Assembly: GCF_964355755.1 (NCBI RefSeq)
Contig: NC_092672.1
Location: forward strand, 24,503,237 to 24,567,236
Reading direction: 5' to 3'
Length of the DNA stretch: 64,000 nt
Origin: Antedon mediterranea
Lineage: Eukaryota > Animalia > Echinodermata
Shown here: one piece after another, positions 14,101 through 29,100 of the stretch
Position numbering within the stretch: position 1 is the stretch's first letter
Layout of the letters: every line of letters starts with the position of its first letter
Made by a program: the position numbers and the translations under genes
The notes under the pieces: model-generated
Told to the model about the DNA's origin: nothing
The model's database searches: none
The model's input: the letters and a program-made list of their open reading frames with translations, nothing else

Positions 14101-17100
14101 GCCCTTACGTAAATTTATATATAGAAACTGAAAAAAAAATGAATTAGTAGTTTCTATAATTATAAATTGCTTTAAAAAATGATTTGGGATTTACACTACC
14201 CATCTGACTATACATACACCTAAATACCTTATCCAACATGAATACAGTGTTTAAACAGCGCATAATACTATGCCTTTGTAGATTCATTCCATAACATAGT
14301 TTCATTCCATTAAAACTACAATAGTAACATTATCGTATAACCTATATAACCTACCACTTTTTTTAATAGAATAAACAGAATGCTATCATCTTTTTTTAAA
14401 CTATTTAATACACAATAACATCTACCCGTCTATGATAGTGCAGCCTATCAATCACAGCTAAAGACACATTGTACACCTTTTTGTGTCTTATTATCCAATG
14501 CCTTTCAACACAAGGCACAAGACACAAGAAACCACCTATATTATTCTACTTGAGTTCGCTAGATCATCATATAAAAGTGCATTATGATGGGATCAGATTT
14601 TCTTTTGTCCTTTATTAATAATTATAATATTGACAACCATTCTGATGTGTGTTAATGGTTGTGCAGAGAGATGATAATACAATTGTCACAGCTTGAATAA
14701 GGTGACAGGGAGAAAATTAAATGAAAACCTTTCTCAATAATATATATCTGCTCAAATGCTGGATTATAATGAGTTTTTAATATTAAATGTGTCTATATAA
14801 TTTATTGTTTGTCAAGTAGGTCTTTTCCCACACTGATGTTTAATGTGAAATGCTTAAATGTATTCAGAGTGAGATCTGACAATGTAAATTATCTTAATTA
14901 AAATCATTTACATTAAAAACTTTAAATTGTATTTATATTTTTGTGCTGTTCTTAAAATACAATTGCAGTCTACCAAATCATGGAGCTACAATATAAAGGT
15001 CAATGAGACTAAAAACTGTTAACTTATGATGTACACAGCCTATTTAATACTTTGTTGAAATGCCATTTTAGACATTTTTAACCATTCATTCATTTAGTGC
15101 AATTTATAAAACTTCACCAAAAGTTTTACAATGGTCAGATGTGTTTTGATTATTTATATTACTTATAACATATTAATACCAAAATATATAGATAGTTACA
15201 ATATAATAGCGGTGAAAAACATCATGCTTGCACAATAAATATTAAAATATGTTTTTTTTTTTTAAAAATAATAAATATAGGCCTAAAGAACATTTAACAT
15301 TAACAATATTCAATAATGTATATCTTCACTGGGTAAATTTTTTATTATGATTATGATTAAATTAAATAATCTAACAATATAATATTAAAAAATATTTTTA
15401 ATTGCACCACAATTATTAATAGTCATGCTTCTACTGTGCATTGCTAAAGAGGTTTGTTGTATGACATATTATAATCTATTTTTGTAGGATGGAAATTCAC
15501 CGCTCTTGTTAGCTGCATTCTTTGGTCAAACTGCATGCTGTATGATATTAGTTGATGCTGGTTCTAATGTGAACCAACAAAACAATGTAAGTTGTATACA
15601 CAGTATATCTAGTAATTTCACATAATTATGCATGTATTATTGTATCGTATTGTAAATATCACAGTGTATGCAGGTATACAGTATTACACAATACTGTGAG
15701 GATTATACTATTTGCTGCACCTAGCCCCTCACCCTTTCGCTCCATCACTAGGACAGAATAATCTTGATTTTTTTTACCATATTATAATCCAAGTTGATCA
15801 ACTACCACCATTCAATCCTGAATGTTAAATGTTCTTTAGGTCTAAATAGTGCATTCTATTTGTGTACCACACTCCATGCAAACTTCCTATATCTGTACCT
15901 GGCTGGTGCCATGATATTATTGTAGGTATTATTGATTCCACTGTAAATTCACCAACCTATTTATAGAATCTTAAAGCAAAAAGTATATAAAACCATAGAG
16001 ATATTGAGTTAAAACCAAATATTTTATCTTTTGATTCAAAAAGATTTGATGTAAAATAGTTTAAAAAGCTAACAAGAAGCTTTTATATTAGCATTATAAT
16101 GAATAAAATTGTAAGGTGAATCAATCATAAAGTATTATAACTGATATCCAAGTATACCATTTATATCGTCTGCAATTTGCAAAGTATATTGAAATTTCAC
16201 TAAAGAACTTTGTCCTTTAAATGAAAAGGTTTTTTCTCTCCAGATATCTTGCTAACTAAATATGCTCTTTTTGTATTCAGTAAATATAATCAATCAATAT
16301 AATCAATCAAATGATAGATAAGTATTGGTAAACATTCAATAGGTTTTGATTATATCATTTATAAATCATCCATGTTTCGTAAATGAAATTGGAGAGTTTT
16401 TACTAAAGGGTTGTATGTACAATCAAAATATAATATTCACAGTATTAGTACAGCTTGTGCACTTTCACTTTTTTCAAGAATGGAGACAATGCTCTGCATA
16501 TGATTGCTCGATCAAAGCTTACTTATGAAGAACACAAAAATGCCTTTGTGTTCTTCATAAAGGAAGGACGTATAGACATTAGCAAGAAAAATAAGGTTAG
16601 TTTGTTATTAAGTACTGCAATGCAATTATTTTAATAATAAAGTTTAGTTCTATTCCTTTTTTTTTTAAGTTATATAAAATATAACAAATAGAAACAAAAA
16701 GGTTTATTATTATCTGTTGATATCAAGTTTGCGGTACACCATGTTTATTAGTTCTGAAAAAAACTGTTGAGTTTCTTGACGTTTCGATCAATATGCTTTG
16801 ATCGTCCTCAGGAGAATTATCATTGAAAATATTACAGGCTATTTTCTTCTTGTCTAACCCTCGAAGCAGTCTATTGCCCATCCACCTTCTCACATGTTCC
16901 TGTATATTTTTTTGATGGAATAATTAATTACAGAAATATTAAAATGAATATAGTATATATTTATAGTTATTAACATTTATTTTTTATTTTTCCATTACAG
17001 TATTCACATTGTATTGTTAAATTTCAAATCTAAACATTGAATGGTTTAATTAACAGCATGCTTCCATTATTTTTACTTTTAGTCTCATATTTTACTGTAA

Positions 17101-20100
17101 ACTGAAGTATACGTTATATAAATAAATACATATAATATAAATATTGAAACTACATTAAGTATTTGTTCTATTTTTCTTTAAATTATAGTTGTTGACATAT
17201 CATTTGATATTAAATTTATCTTCTCAGTTGCTCATCATTAACATTTATTTCAGTTGCAGGTTACTTTTGGACTATTAGTAAGCTACATGATTTAGACAAA
17301 AAATAATTTATTTTGTTCAAATTCTTTCAGAGCATGTATTTAATTAGTTTAGATCTAATGGCATGTGTGGTTATTATATGGCTTATGAAATGATTTTGGC
17401 CCAAAAACCCCATAAATATTTCATTTCGGCTGATTTCACATCGTGCCTGGATTAACGTGTCCAGCACCCTGAGAAAAATATCGTGGAAAATGGGTTTAGT
17501 AATATTAATGCATAAAATCGCACTGAGTGGAAGTAGATTTAGTCCATAGTGGAATCCAAGATATGGCCAATAGTAAAGTTATTGACAGGGAACATTTTCG
17601 CCAGTGTAGCGTAGCAAAAAGCTATACAAAACAACCTTATTGCTACACATTTTGAAAATTGTGTAGCAAAAAATACAATACAAAACTATGTTTCTCGACT
17701 TAAAAATCATTTTGATTAGCAATATTGCTAAACAAAATTTTTAAATGAAAATTTTCCCTGATTGACCTTTGAAATATCTAGAATTTGCATAACTATTATG
17801 AAATATATTTATTTAGTCTGTCATAATTTGATTTTTTTAATGGCCAGGGTTATTTAACCTATTAGTATTATTTAGTTTGGCTTATCTTTTGGTTTAGTAT
17901 GTTCTTGCAAATTATGAAATTAAGCTGAATTTTAAATTTTTTTTTTAAAGAGTAGCTGAGGGATTTATCAGAACTAATTATGCTTATAACTAGAATTGCT
18001 AATATTGTTATTTTAAATCACAAACACTTTGATTGTCAGAATGGAGAGTCTGCATCTGATATCTATAATGAAAATGTGTGCGATAAATACGATGGTGAAC
18101 AGAAGAAAACAGAAATACTTGCAATTTTGAATGGTAAGTTAAAAAACACATTGTTCAAAGCATGAACTTCTAAAAATAGAATTAATGATCACTTTTTATC
18201 CTGTAGTATTTGTAGTTAGTCATATAATCAAACAAATTAAAAAATATGATTTAAAAAAAAAGTAGATTGATTCAAATAGCGGCTCATCTCAACTACTGTC
18301 ATGTTGGTACAGGGTATGTTGAGACTAACAGCGTTAGGCTTGTTATCCAACACATGGTGTATGGTACTTCATTGCATGGAAATGTGTAATATGGTTTCAG
18401 TTGTGCATTTTATCCTGTCTTCCATTTCGTGTGCTACTAATTCTGTTATAAATATCTACATGTTGGTCCCAAAGGTAATTTAAAAATATGTTTGTCCTTT
18501 ATATCCTACATTATTTCCAATCTGTAATTCTGCACTGAAAAGCTTGATATACACATTCATTTTACTTGTTTAGGTGGACCTTTACCTTACATCGAAATGA
18601 CATCGTCAGGTATGAATATTCTTCAATTTCAATGCCCCACAATAGGGCTATTGTTTCCAAATCTATCAAAAAGGAATTAAAAAATTAATATTGGTCTATA
18701 GCATTAGGTATCTTTTATGTTCTATTTGTTATGGAGAAGTTTGGTATTCACAATATCTATAAATAAACTGCTTGTAAAAGTTACTTAAATATTATTTTAC
18801 ATAAGAAATATAAAAAAATATATTTTTTTTTAGAAAATAAAGAGTTTATCATGATTGAACTTTAATTTTATTTACAAATTATAAAACAACTACACTATAG
18901 ACAAAGTGAACATTTTACAAAATTACATTTGGGTAATTTAGATCTACAGTAGACATTGAGAAGGGTAGGTGGAATCAAACAAACAAATTACTAATATTTT
19001 AGGATTTATTAAAATATTTTATAAACAGTATAATATATATATCTTATTTTATTTAGATATTACAATCAAAGAATTATTATACATTGCCAATAACACCTAC
19101 AATAAAAGGCAACTAATAGCAGCTAATCTTGGAATGACACAAGAAGATATAAATTCATTTGAACTACCAGATAAAAGCACACTTCAAAGGACTTACAACA
19201 TGTTGAACACATGGGCAGTTAAGGTTACTAAGAAGTCCATGCGTTCAGAACTGGTTGCAGCTCTCAGGAAAGCTGAGGAAAAAGATGTGGCTGATAAAAT
19301 TGAAAGTAAGTAAATAAAACCATAAGATAGCCTTCAGAATGACTGAACTCTCTAATTTATAAGGTTCTTAAAGGCTTTGTAACGATATTCTGTGTGTTTA
19401 TAATAATAAATAAAAAAAACTTTTGAAATATGCAGAAATGTCTAAGTCTAAATGTTGGTCGCATTTGTGAGAATCGGCTTTAATAAGCCTATGTGTTGGC
19501 ATATACCTTATTAGTACCACATATTTATCAAACCAATTGTTATAAAATCTTTGCATTTGATGGAAATCTATCATCTGTTTTTCGTGAGGTATTGCTGAAG
19601 TATTTTATTCTATATACATTATACCTTCATCATTGTACTCTGCTTAATTTATTTAAGTAATGATTGAGGTATACATAAGACAGTCTTAGTGCATATTAAA
19701 CTGTTCAATTTATAAAGAGTATTAATTGCTATCCTGTGGTATACAAACAAACAGGAAGTTATACAAATAGTTATTTTACCTTTTATTGTGTTTTTAAGAT
19801 GTGCATGTTCCAGAGGAGATATTGGCACGAGGACCTGATGCGGTGAAAGCTTTTCAAAATGCACTTGAAGAAGGACAAACAGAGTTTAATCAAGGAAGAA
19901 CTATTTTTGTAGGACTTGAGAATGTGGGAAAAACGTCTACTATCAATTCTCTTTTAAGAAAAGAGTAAGCATATACTTTATATCAATTATTACATACCAC
20001 TTAAACTGTTACATACAGTTGTTAACTGGATCAATTACAACAATAACCCATACATTTTTTCTGAATAGTTTCAATTTATTTCACCATAAAATAATATCAA

Positions 20101-23100
20101 AATACATAGCAAATATTGATGAGAGTGACCATCAAAGCAAAGCTCGTATTCCAGTCACCCATACACATAGCTAGCCAATGGCTTAAATATCTTATTTTAT
20201 TGGGACCCTTATAAGTAATCTAACCATAAATAATCTAAATATCACAATGTAAATGAGTAAGAATATAGTTGATTAAAATTTACTATTATTGAAATTGTTG
20301 TTTGATTAAAGTATTTGGCCCTTTAGTGTTCTGGGTATGTTGAGGGTTTAAAACAAGATTTTAATGCAACGTAAAAACAATGTAATTGCAGTATACCATC
20401 AAATTATTTTCTGTTTTATTATAATGCAAACATTCTTTTATAATTATATAATGTCATTTTGTCAGGTTTAATCCATTGCATATAATAACAGATGCAATGG
20501 TTAAAACAACGGTGTGTACACCAGATGCCAGTAACAAAGAAATGTTGAAAGAAACAACGCAGGATATTTGTAAGTATACACTTTATTCAGATACATGCTG
20601 CAACCAAAATAGATGATTTATTTATATTTTTTAATTTATTTTTATAATTATTTAGGCAAATTGCCAAGGATAACCATAAGCGAATTAATTCACTATCCTT
20701 CTTAAAGGTAGCAATCATGTTCACAAGACAAACATACACAAGTCACATAAACAAAGTCTTATTACAAGTCTTTGAGAGGGGAGTTGTAATTTGTCCTGAC
20801 TTATGACAGGACTTGAACCCAGGACCCTTGAATTGGTAGCCAAGCATCATAACCACCAAACCACAACTCCACTCCAAATTTAAAATTCACCCTGACTTAT
20901 GCACTGTCATGTCACAACTTGTTTTATTATGTTTTATTTTTTTATCAAATAATTGTTGTTCTCATGTCATTGTAAATCAATTTAATAGACACTCTAGGTT
21001 TAATATTTGGGTGACAATTTGCGACTAGTTCTTGCACACAAAATACTTTGATATTTCATAAATGCATGGAGAAAACCACTACCATATAAACATACAAGTT
21101 ATTTAAATTCAATTTGAGGATAAATTAGTTTTTAAATTATTGCAACAACATCATAAAAATGGTTTCAAAGTTTCTATCCTTTTAAAAACCAATATATACA
21201 TGATTTTATTAACATTTTTAATTTAAAAGCTTTAGACAATATGTATCAGGATGCTGTCACTGATGTCACAGTTAAACACATTTTGAAAAGTCCACGCCAT
21301 ACAAAAGGATGCACACCAAGAGCAGGACCATCAAAGCAGGAAACACAATCTGGTAAAAGATTTTAATGAAAGTTAATTCAAATTTACTTTAAAAATGTCT
21401 TTATTGTTATTGTAATCTGCTGTAAAATAAATTTAAAAGTATAAACATAAAAGGCACAAAATACCAATCAATATAAAATTGGTACAAAAGAGATTTATAT
21501 AAATTTAATATAAAAGTTTTGATAAAAGACAGGTTTATACAGCATTTTGCTGTGATTACTGCTGTGACATTTGAATTCAAATAGAGAATACAAAAGATAC
21601 ACATATTATAATGATGATGGCAAATCGGATCAGGTTGGAATCGGCAAAAAAAGATTACACTAACCTTTGTTCTTGCCAAGTTAATTTGATTCTAAAACAT
21701 AATGATGAATGCTAATAACAAGGTAGCATCTTTAATTATATCAACACATTTTTCAGAAAGTAGACATGAGAAAAACCCCACAGGAGCATCAACATCAAAA
21801 CAGGAAGCCAAATCTGGTGAAACATCAACAAGTTCAAATACAATGCCAAGTCCACAAAAAGAGGGTAAATATTTATTTTGAAATGTGTTTGATTGTGCTG
21901 TTCATACATATTAATGATATCAGAAATAAAGACTAAAATGCTAAATATTGAAATGATTAAAATGGACCTGAAATGGACTTTCGATTTTCAAGAAATTCAC
22001 ACGTTATTTAAATGTATCAAATTAACACAAGCCCATACAAATAAAAACAAAATGTATAGTATTTGGCTGGAGTGTCCATCGGAAGCCTTAGCATATGTCC
22101 GGTCCATTTGTATTTTCTTTTCCCTATTATGTTTGACCATTTTAGTTCTTTCGTTCTGCTGTATAGTTCTATATTTACCTGTTTACCTGTTGAATAACCG
22201 TTTATACGGTAATTTTATTTTTTTTTAAATTCTAAATACATTTCTGCAAAAGCACAAGCATTTTTTTGAAAATACTCCATAGATTTCAAGAGTTATAGCC
22301 AAAAAACTGCAAATTGTCCATTGGTTGGAATATATTCGCAAAGTGACGTCACCGGCGAATTTTTTTGATTTTCAAATGGGGCTTTCCCCAAAAGGCCGAA
22401 TTTATATTTTGTAACAATATACATTATAGCAACAACTAATAGCCCCCAAAACATCATTCTAAAATGAACAAAATCGAAAATCCATTTCAGGTTGATTGTG
22501 CTGTTCATACATAATAATGATATCAGAAATAAAGACTAAAGTGCTAAATATTGAAATGATTAAAGGAGCGGAAATTTAATCATAATCATCAGTGTCTGCT
22601 AATGAACATATATTATCGAGTTACTTTGTCAGTTAATACTAATATTTGTATATTGTATGACACTGCTGTGTAATCTATTCAACTTGCAGTACAATGTGGT
22701 TAAATAAACTCATCACTAAACCATTGATTGGAAAGGATAAGGTTTAGAATACTTAAGAGCCATTGTCTGTAAGAATCAAAGAAATATCAAAAAGAGTGGC
22801 AGACTCAAAAAATGGATTTCTTTCAAATTTTGCACATGGCTATATATGTGTTGAGAGAAATCAAATATGAAGTATTTATTTTTTCACACGTATATTTCCA
22901 TGGCAACGGCCAAATTTGTGTTTTTGACAAATTTTGTCCTTTTTTAAGGTTTTTTAAAATGGATATTGGTACTACTTTGATGAACGATATTTTTGTTTTG
23001 TTCATTTAATTATAAAAAATAATTAGTGTATGCATAATAACAATGCATTGTGTACCTGTTTCAAATTTTTTAATTTTTTTTTATTTCATACTTTGGGAGA

Positions 23101-26100
23101 TACCATTTATTTAAAAAGGGGTGTTTTTCACTTTTTTTAAATTGTTCAATGCAACTAAACTTTACTTCACCATAACGCCCAAAGTGGTGTATTTTTTTAG
23201 CTGATTTATTACAAATAGGTAGTTCTAATGTTTAATAATTGATTTCTAAAATAAAATACTGGGGTAAATTTAAAATCTGCAAGCAGTGTTGCGAGAAACA
23301 TAGGCATTTTTATTTTAAAAAAACATGGTATATTAGTAAAAACATTTTATTTTCTTTGATTATTTGATTTGAAACTCATTGGTCAGAAAAATTCTTAATG
23401 TTTTATATAGTTCTAGTTGTGTTGTGAGAAAAAAAATTAATTTTTAATTATAGATTCTGTAATTCCCAGTTTTAATGTCATTTTATAGGTTATATCCTCT
23501 GGAAATTTGAATAAATTATCAGATCGTTGTGAATTTTAATCTTTGCAACAGATTACTCCTCTCTTATTTTGAAGCTCCTCTTTCATTTGTTTACTTCTTT
23601 TATTTGCTAACCTAAGCAGATCCCACATGCCCATCCACCACCACTTTCGACTACCACCCCCCCCCCCACCCCCACCACGACTATAACCACAAAAAGATAA
23701 ACTGCAACACTTTGGTCGATCATCCACTATAAAGTGTCAAATGCATGCATTTCAAGCACCACCCACACTACCGCTACTATCGCTCCAATGAATAGACGGA
23801 TTCAAATTCCTCCATCCCACCCCCTCCCCCTTTCTCCAAGCCCCCACCCACCCCAAGTTAAAAATTGCAATGCAAAAGATAGGACATAAAGTTAAGTTTT
23901 TAAACCCTCGCCTTCAACCCCCTAACTATTTAAAAGTCCTGGATCCACCACTTTCCCCTCCCCAAAATAGAACCAATCAAAAGTCAATGATATACTCAGG
24001 TATGTTAATGCTACATAACAAATATTGAAGCCCTGATTTGAAATTTCATTTCATTTAAGGTCAGCATGTAAAATATCACACTTTATTATTAGGTTATATG
24101 CATGCATTCATGCATATAACCTCTTGATTCTGTCAGAATCTTTATTTCTTTCTTTATTTATTGGTTATCCGCCTCAAGGCGGATAAGCTCTTGGAATTGT
24201 AGTGTTTCTTTTTTTTTGTATTCTTCCATATTTCCGCCACTTTTTGTGTTCAACTTTTCTCTGCAACGTTTTAACATAACATGTTGTAACTTTGTAAACA
24301 TTTCGACATTTAACTGAAGTTGTGCAGCGAAGCTTTTGGACGCTGTCAGATCCGCGTAGCGTAAGTTACGCGCGAATTTCTGAAAATCTTAAGTTGATCA
24401 TAACTTCGAAACAAATAAATATTTTTTAACGTAATTTCCAACCACGTTTGCTTTACATCAATTGCTAACTTTTTTATCGCTACCGACATTTGTAACATTG
24501 TAAAGTGCGCGCGTAAACGGCTTTTGAAATTTTAAAATGCTCCAAATCAATTTCTGATTAAATTAGAACACGATTCAGGTCATTTTAAGGGTTTGAAAAA
24601 TTGCCACCAGGTGCGCACATTTTTACGTGCGCACGGCGCAGGGAACACGTATGAGCATTTCTTTTGCACGAGTTGTGTTTTTCAATCTTCGGTTAACAAT
24701 TTAACGTTATTTTAATCACAATTTAACTTGAAATGACGTTCTACGAGCACGTTAAACATGACTGGTTGCGCACGTAAAATGTTAACAAAATTGGAAAATG
24801 TTGCAAAATATGTATACTTTTAAAAATGATACAGTTCATCAGAATGCAAGGTTACCCCTATTTTTTATTTTATTTTCTTGCAGTGTATGAATCATAGGTC
24901 TGATTTATTATAATGTTGAATGTTAAAACGTGTTTGGTGGCTACATTATTTGCATATTAAATATAATTTTTGAAATTTTTATCATCAAACAAACATAAAC
25001 ATTTTCAAAGAGCAAAATAATAAACATAACGTTTATCTTTTTTCTTCACATGTTAATATATAAAACTTAAAAGTATGCACTTTTATAATATGTCACTGTT
25101 TAAAATTTGTGACGATTTCTTCATAGTAAAAATTATGATTTAGTTTGATAAGTAATAATCTATTTGCATCGAGTGGTTCACGACATACCGAATGAACGAG
25201 TAAACTTTCGTCGGATTGTCTTCAGCAGGTGCTCATATGGCTCGATGTGTAGTGCCACCGACTTTGGTATCATAGGTACCGGGATCGAGTCCCGTCACGG
25301 GAAAACAATTTAATAAAAGGATTTATTTGGTTGTTACACTGAAAAGGCAGTTTTAATTTCGAATAGGCTACTTTTTGGAAAAGCCATAACTGAAAAGTAC
25401 TTGAATGCGCAAGATACGTTTTTTTGCGGGCGGATAACCAAACTCAATCAAAAATTACGCGCGATTTAACGAAATCAAGTTTGTAATCATATCTCCATAA
25501 GCATGAATCACAATTAAACAAAATTTGGTACTCATAAATTTCAGGTCATATTTTATCATATGGCAATACAATTACGTGCGTAGAGCATATAACGCATGCG
25601 TACGCGCGCTTAAAATGTTGAAAATCGTCAGAATTTATTTTCGATGAAATTAGAGTACGTTTCAGGCAATTTTAAGCGTTTAAAAAATTGCCATGAGTGC
25701 GCAGATTATTGCACGCGCACTGCGCGTCAAACGTTAATGCGCACTGTTTTTGTCCGATTACTGTTGTATAACCTTTCTTTAATAATATCATCATATTTTA
25801 TTCACTTTTCAACGCGAAACGGCGTTATACGAGCACGTCAAAAGTGACAGGCTACGCACGTGTAAGTTAACAAAATGGTGAAAATATGCTAAATTTTAAA
25901 ATTAATATATATCGTTAGAATGCTCGGGAACACCTATTTTTTTATTTAATTTTCTTGAAGTGTATGTATCATATGTATGATTTATTATGAAATTAGAAGA
26001 ACAAAAGTTGATTAAGTCATCATTAATGGCATATTAAATTTAACAAAATTAATTTCGACAATCAAACAAATTATAACATTTTCTTAGGCCAAAATAACAA

Positions 26101-29100
26101 ACTTAACATTAACTTTCTTCCTTAAGAAGTTCATATATTAAAGTTAAAAGTATATAGTTGGACAGTGCATCATTTTTTTAAATTTTTAAAGATGTCATCA
26201 TAGTAAAACATTATAATTCATTGCGGTATGTAATAATCTATCTGCACCAAAGTGGTTACTGCATAGTAAATACACGGAGGAATTAATTATGGCTCGGTGG
26301 TCTTTGCTCGTGTCTATAGCAGTCAAGTACCGAGTTCGAGTCTCACCTTGGGAAACCAAACGAAATAAGATTTTTTTTATTATCCGTATTGGTTGTTCAA
26401 TTATATTTCTTAGTGTACAGATTATACACATGATTTATAATGAAATCTAAATAAAAACACAAATGTGGTTTATGACATTATATATGCAGAAAGATCTTTG
26501 ATCGGATTATGATACCGGCTATTGTATTTGAGTTAGCAAGATCCTGTCATATATTATAAATAACTAATGATTCTGAGAAAATCAATCAATCAATATATCT
26601 TAAATCAATCAATTATCTTTATTTAAATCAATGCATATAACCTATAATTTGTCATAGTGACGAATTAAATCTAGTTAAATATTGGTTTTATATATATATA
26701 TGGATTCAGTATTTATTAATTAATAATTATCTGATAATTATTTAATTTCCCTTAGTTATGCATGCAACAGTTACTATGGTAACTAAAATTGAGATATTCT
26801 TTAGATTTTGCATATTTATCTTATACAAATTTAAATTTGTAGATAATTAGCAGGCATGCCTTATTTGCATTTTCAAATTACCGTTTCACAAGGTCATATT
26901 CGTAAGCACTTTCTTCTGTGATTATTTTTATTCATGAAAACCCCATATTATATTTACAGCGGCCACCTACCTTAACGGACGCACTTTGAAAAGCCTGTTT
27001 GTTCTTCCTATCTAATTAGTGCATTTAGTGATTACCATAAGCAGCTGCGGGCACCTTTTTATACAAAATGAGATTTTTTGTAAGCGGCCAATCGAAAAAT
27101 GTGATACTTATTGCATGGATCTATGAATTAGAGGTGCATGTTTATTGTATTTCTTTATATATTAGCTTTATTTTGAAGAGGTTTTAAAAACATTACTGTG
27201 AAGAGATGAGAAAACTACACAGATTTTGTCTGAAAATGCTAAAAAATACTAAACCACCTGATTATAAATAATAATAGGCCTACAATTATAAGCGGCCACT
27301 TTTCCAGGTCCCGAGGGTGGCCACTTACGGGAGGTTCAACTGTATTTAAAAAAACAATCTTTAGTTATCCATAGAAACAGGTTCTAACATAACATAAATA
27401 ATACATTTTGACATAACTTGACCCAACAAATGACCCCTTTCACAAGGTCAGACATTTTCTGGGATTCAGTAGATAAGTAAATTTGGGAAAAGGTAGTAAA
27501 GCTATGTTATCAAGTGTTTGTAGTCATGAAACCCCATATTAAAAATATTGTACTTAGTTACGTATAGAAACAGTTGCTACAATACACTATAGGTAAAATG
27601 TTGATGTCATTTGACCTCAATATGTAAAAAAAAATTTTTTCATGAAAACTCCATATTTAATTTTTTTTTTTTTAATATCATTAGTTACGTAAACAGGTTT
27701 AAGATAACACTAAAGGTCATTTTTTTACTTTTATTCAGATTCGTCAAGACTTTCTTTCTGAGATTATTAGGATTCAGTATTTAAAGTAAATTTGGCAAAA
27801 AGTAGAAATGTAAAACAATGTAGAAAAAATGTTTTGTATTTATGAAAAACCCCTTATTTTTTTTAAATTTTCGCATAGAAACAGTTACTATGGTAAAATT
27901 TTGACCTCAAAATGAATGAATTTACAAGGTCAAGTTTGTCATTAATGGAATGCAGTAGAAGTAAAATTGAGAAAAATTACAAATGCAATCAATTCTTTGT
28001 ATTTATAAAAACGCCATTTTTAACGTTTTTTTAAAAATTACTTTCCTTAGTTACACATAGAAATGGTTGCTAAGGTAACACTATAGGTAAAATATGAAAA
28101 TTGTTGAGAATTGTTATGAACTATCTTGTAAATTTTGATCAAACATTAATAGTTGTAGTAAAGTGGGGACCTGTCCTGTTTTGCATTCTGACCCCTTTTG
28201 ACCTCAAATGACCTATTCTATTTACAAGGTCAGATTTTTTGGGAGGTCTTTCTGTATCTCTTTACACAAAATAGATTTAAAAATTTATAAAAACCATTGA
28301 CGCAATTATTTCCAAGTTTAACATTATTTTCCATCAACTAAATATTTCAATGCAAAATACTGTTTTTCTGGCAATTAATTGAAATAAACCTGGCAACACA
28401 TTCTTCTATTTTATCTAAACTATTCGTATGACTCTAGTAGCATTATGACAAGCCACATATACATTTTATTATTGGATTAGCCATATTTAAATTGTGTTTC
28501 ATGTGTTTTGTTTGTTGATATTTTGTTATATTTTTTGTATTTTTCGTATTTTCCTGGCAACACAAAACCTATGTACGAAATTTACCCCAGTGTTTTTTTT
28601 GTGATTATTGTTGACAAACCTATTGACTATCAAATTAAAAAACCTCATTGATTTAAAAACACAACTTTGGAAGTTATATGTACGTTTATGAGGTATACTT
28701 TTATAAAAAAAAATATCTTTTAAAAACACCCCTTTTTTAAATAATGGTATCAACCAAACTCCATTTTGTAATTTATTTTTTTTCTATATTAAATGGAACT
28801 CAATACATGTTGTTTACACTGCTATAAACAAAAACTGTATACTGTAAGTATTTTTGGTTAAAATAAGTATACAAGTTTGTACTTTTTCACTATAGAAAAT
28901 CTGTGAAAAATGGCAAAAACATCAACATTTGGATAATTGACCGTTGTCATGGCAACGGAGGCTAAAAATTAAAATGAATGTTGTAGATATGCTTTTTATT
29001 GAAATGTCTATTCATGGTAAAAATTTGAGAGAAATCCATTTTTTTACATCTGCCACCAAATCTTTGATTTTTACAGACAATGGCTCTTAAATATTGCATT

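Noticed and set aside
2172-15487. Additional ankyrin exons in the 13-kb intron
   Set aside because: I found no further 99-bp ankyrin-like exon by eye; coding-like patches appear to be LINE relics. A diverged exon could have been missed.
18969-19056. 5' extension of the death-domain ORF
   Set aside because: Intronic AT-rich sequence before the atttag acceptor; GTG start is implausible here.
20790-20870. tRNA gene on the minus strand
   Set aside because: It continues into an unrelated body and an AT-rich tail, consistent with a SINE head.
23536-23727. Poly-Gly ORF
   Set aside because: Translation of a C-rich simple tract inside a transposon.
25229-25301. Functional tRNA gene
   Set aside because: A/B boxes are present but I cannot fold a convincing acceptor stem, and it sits in a repeat unit; treated as tRNA-derived.
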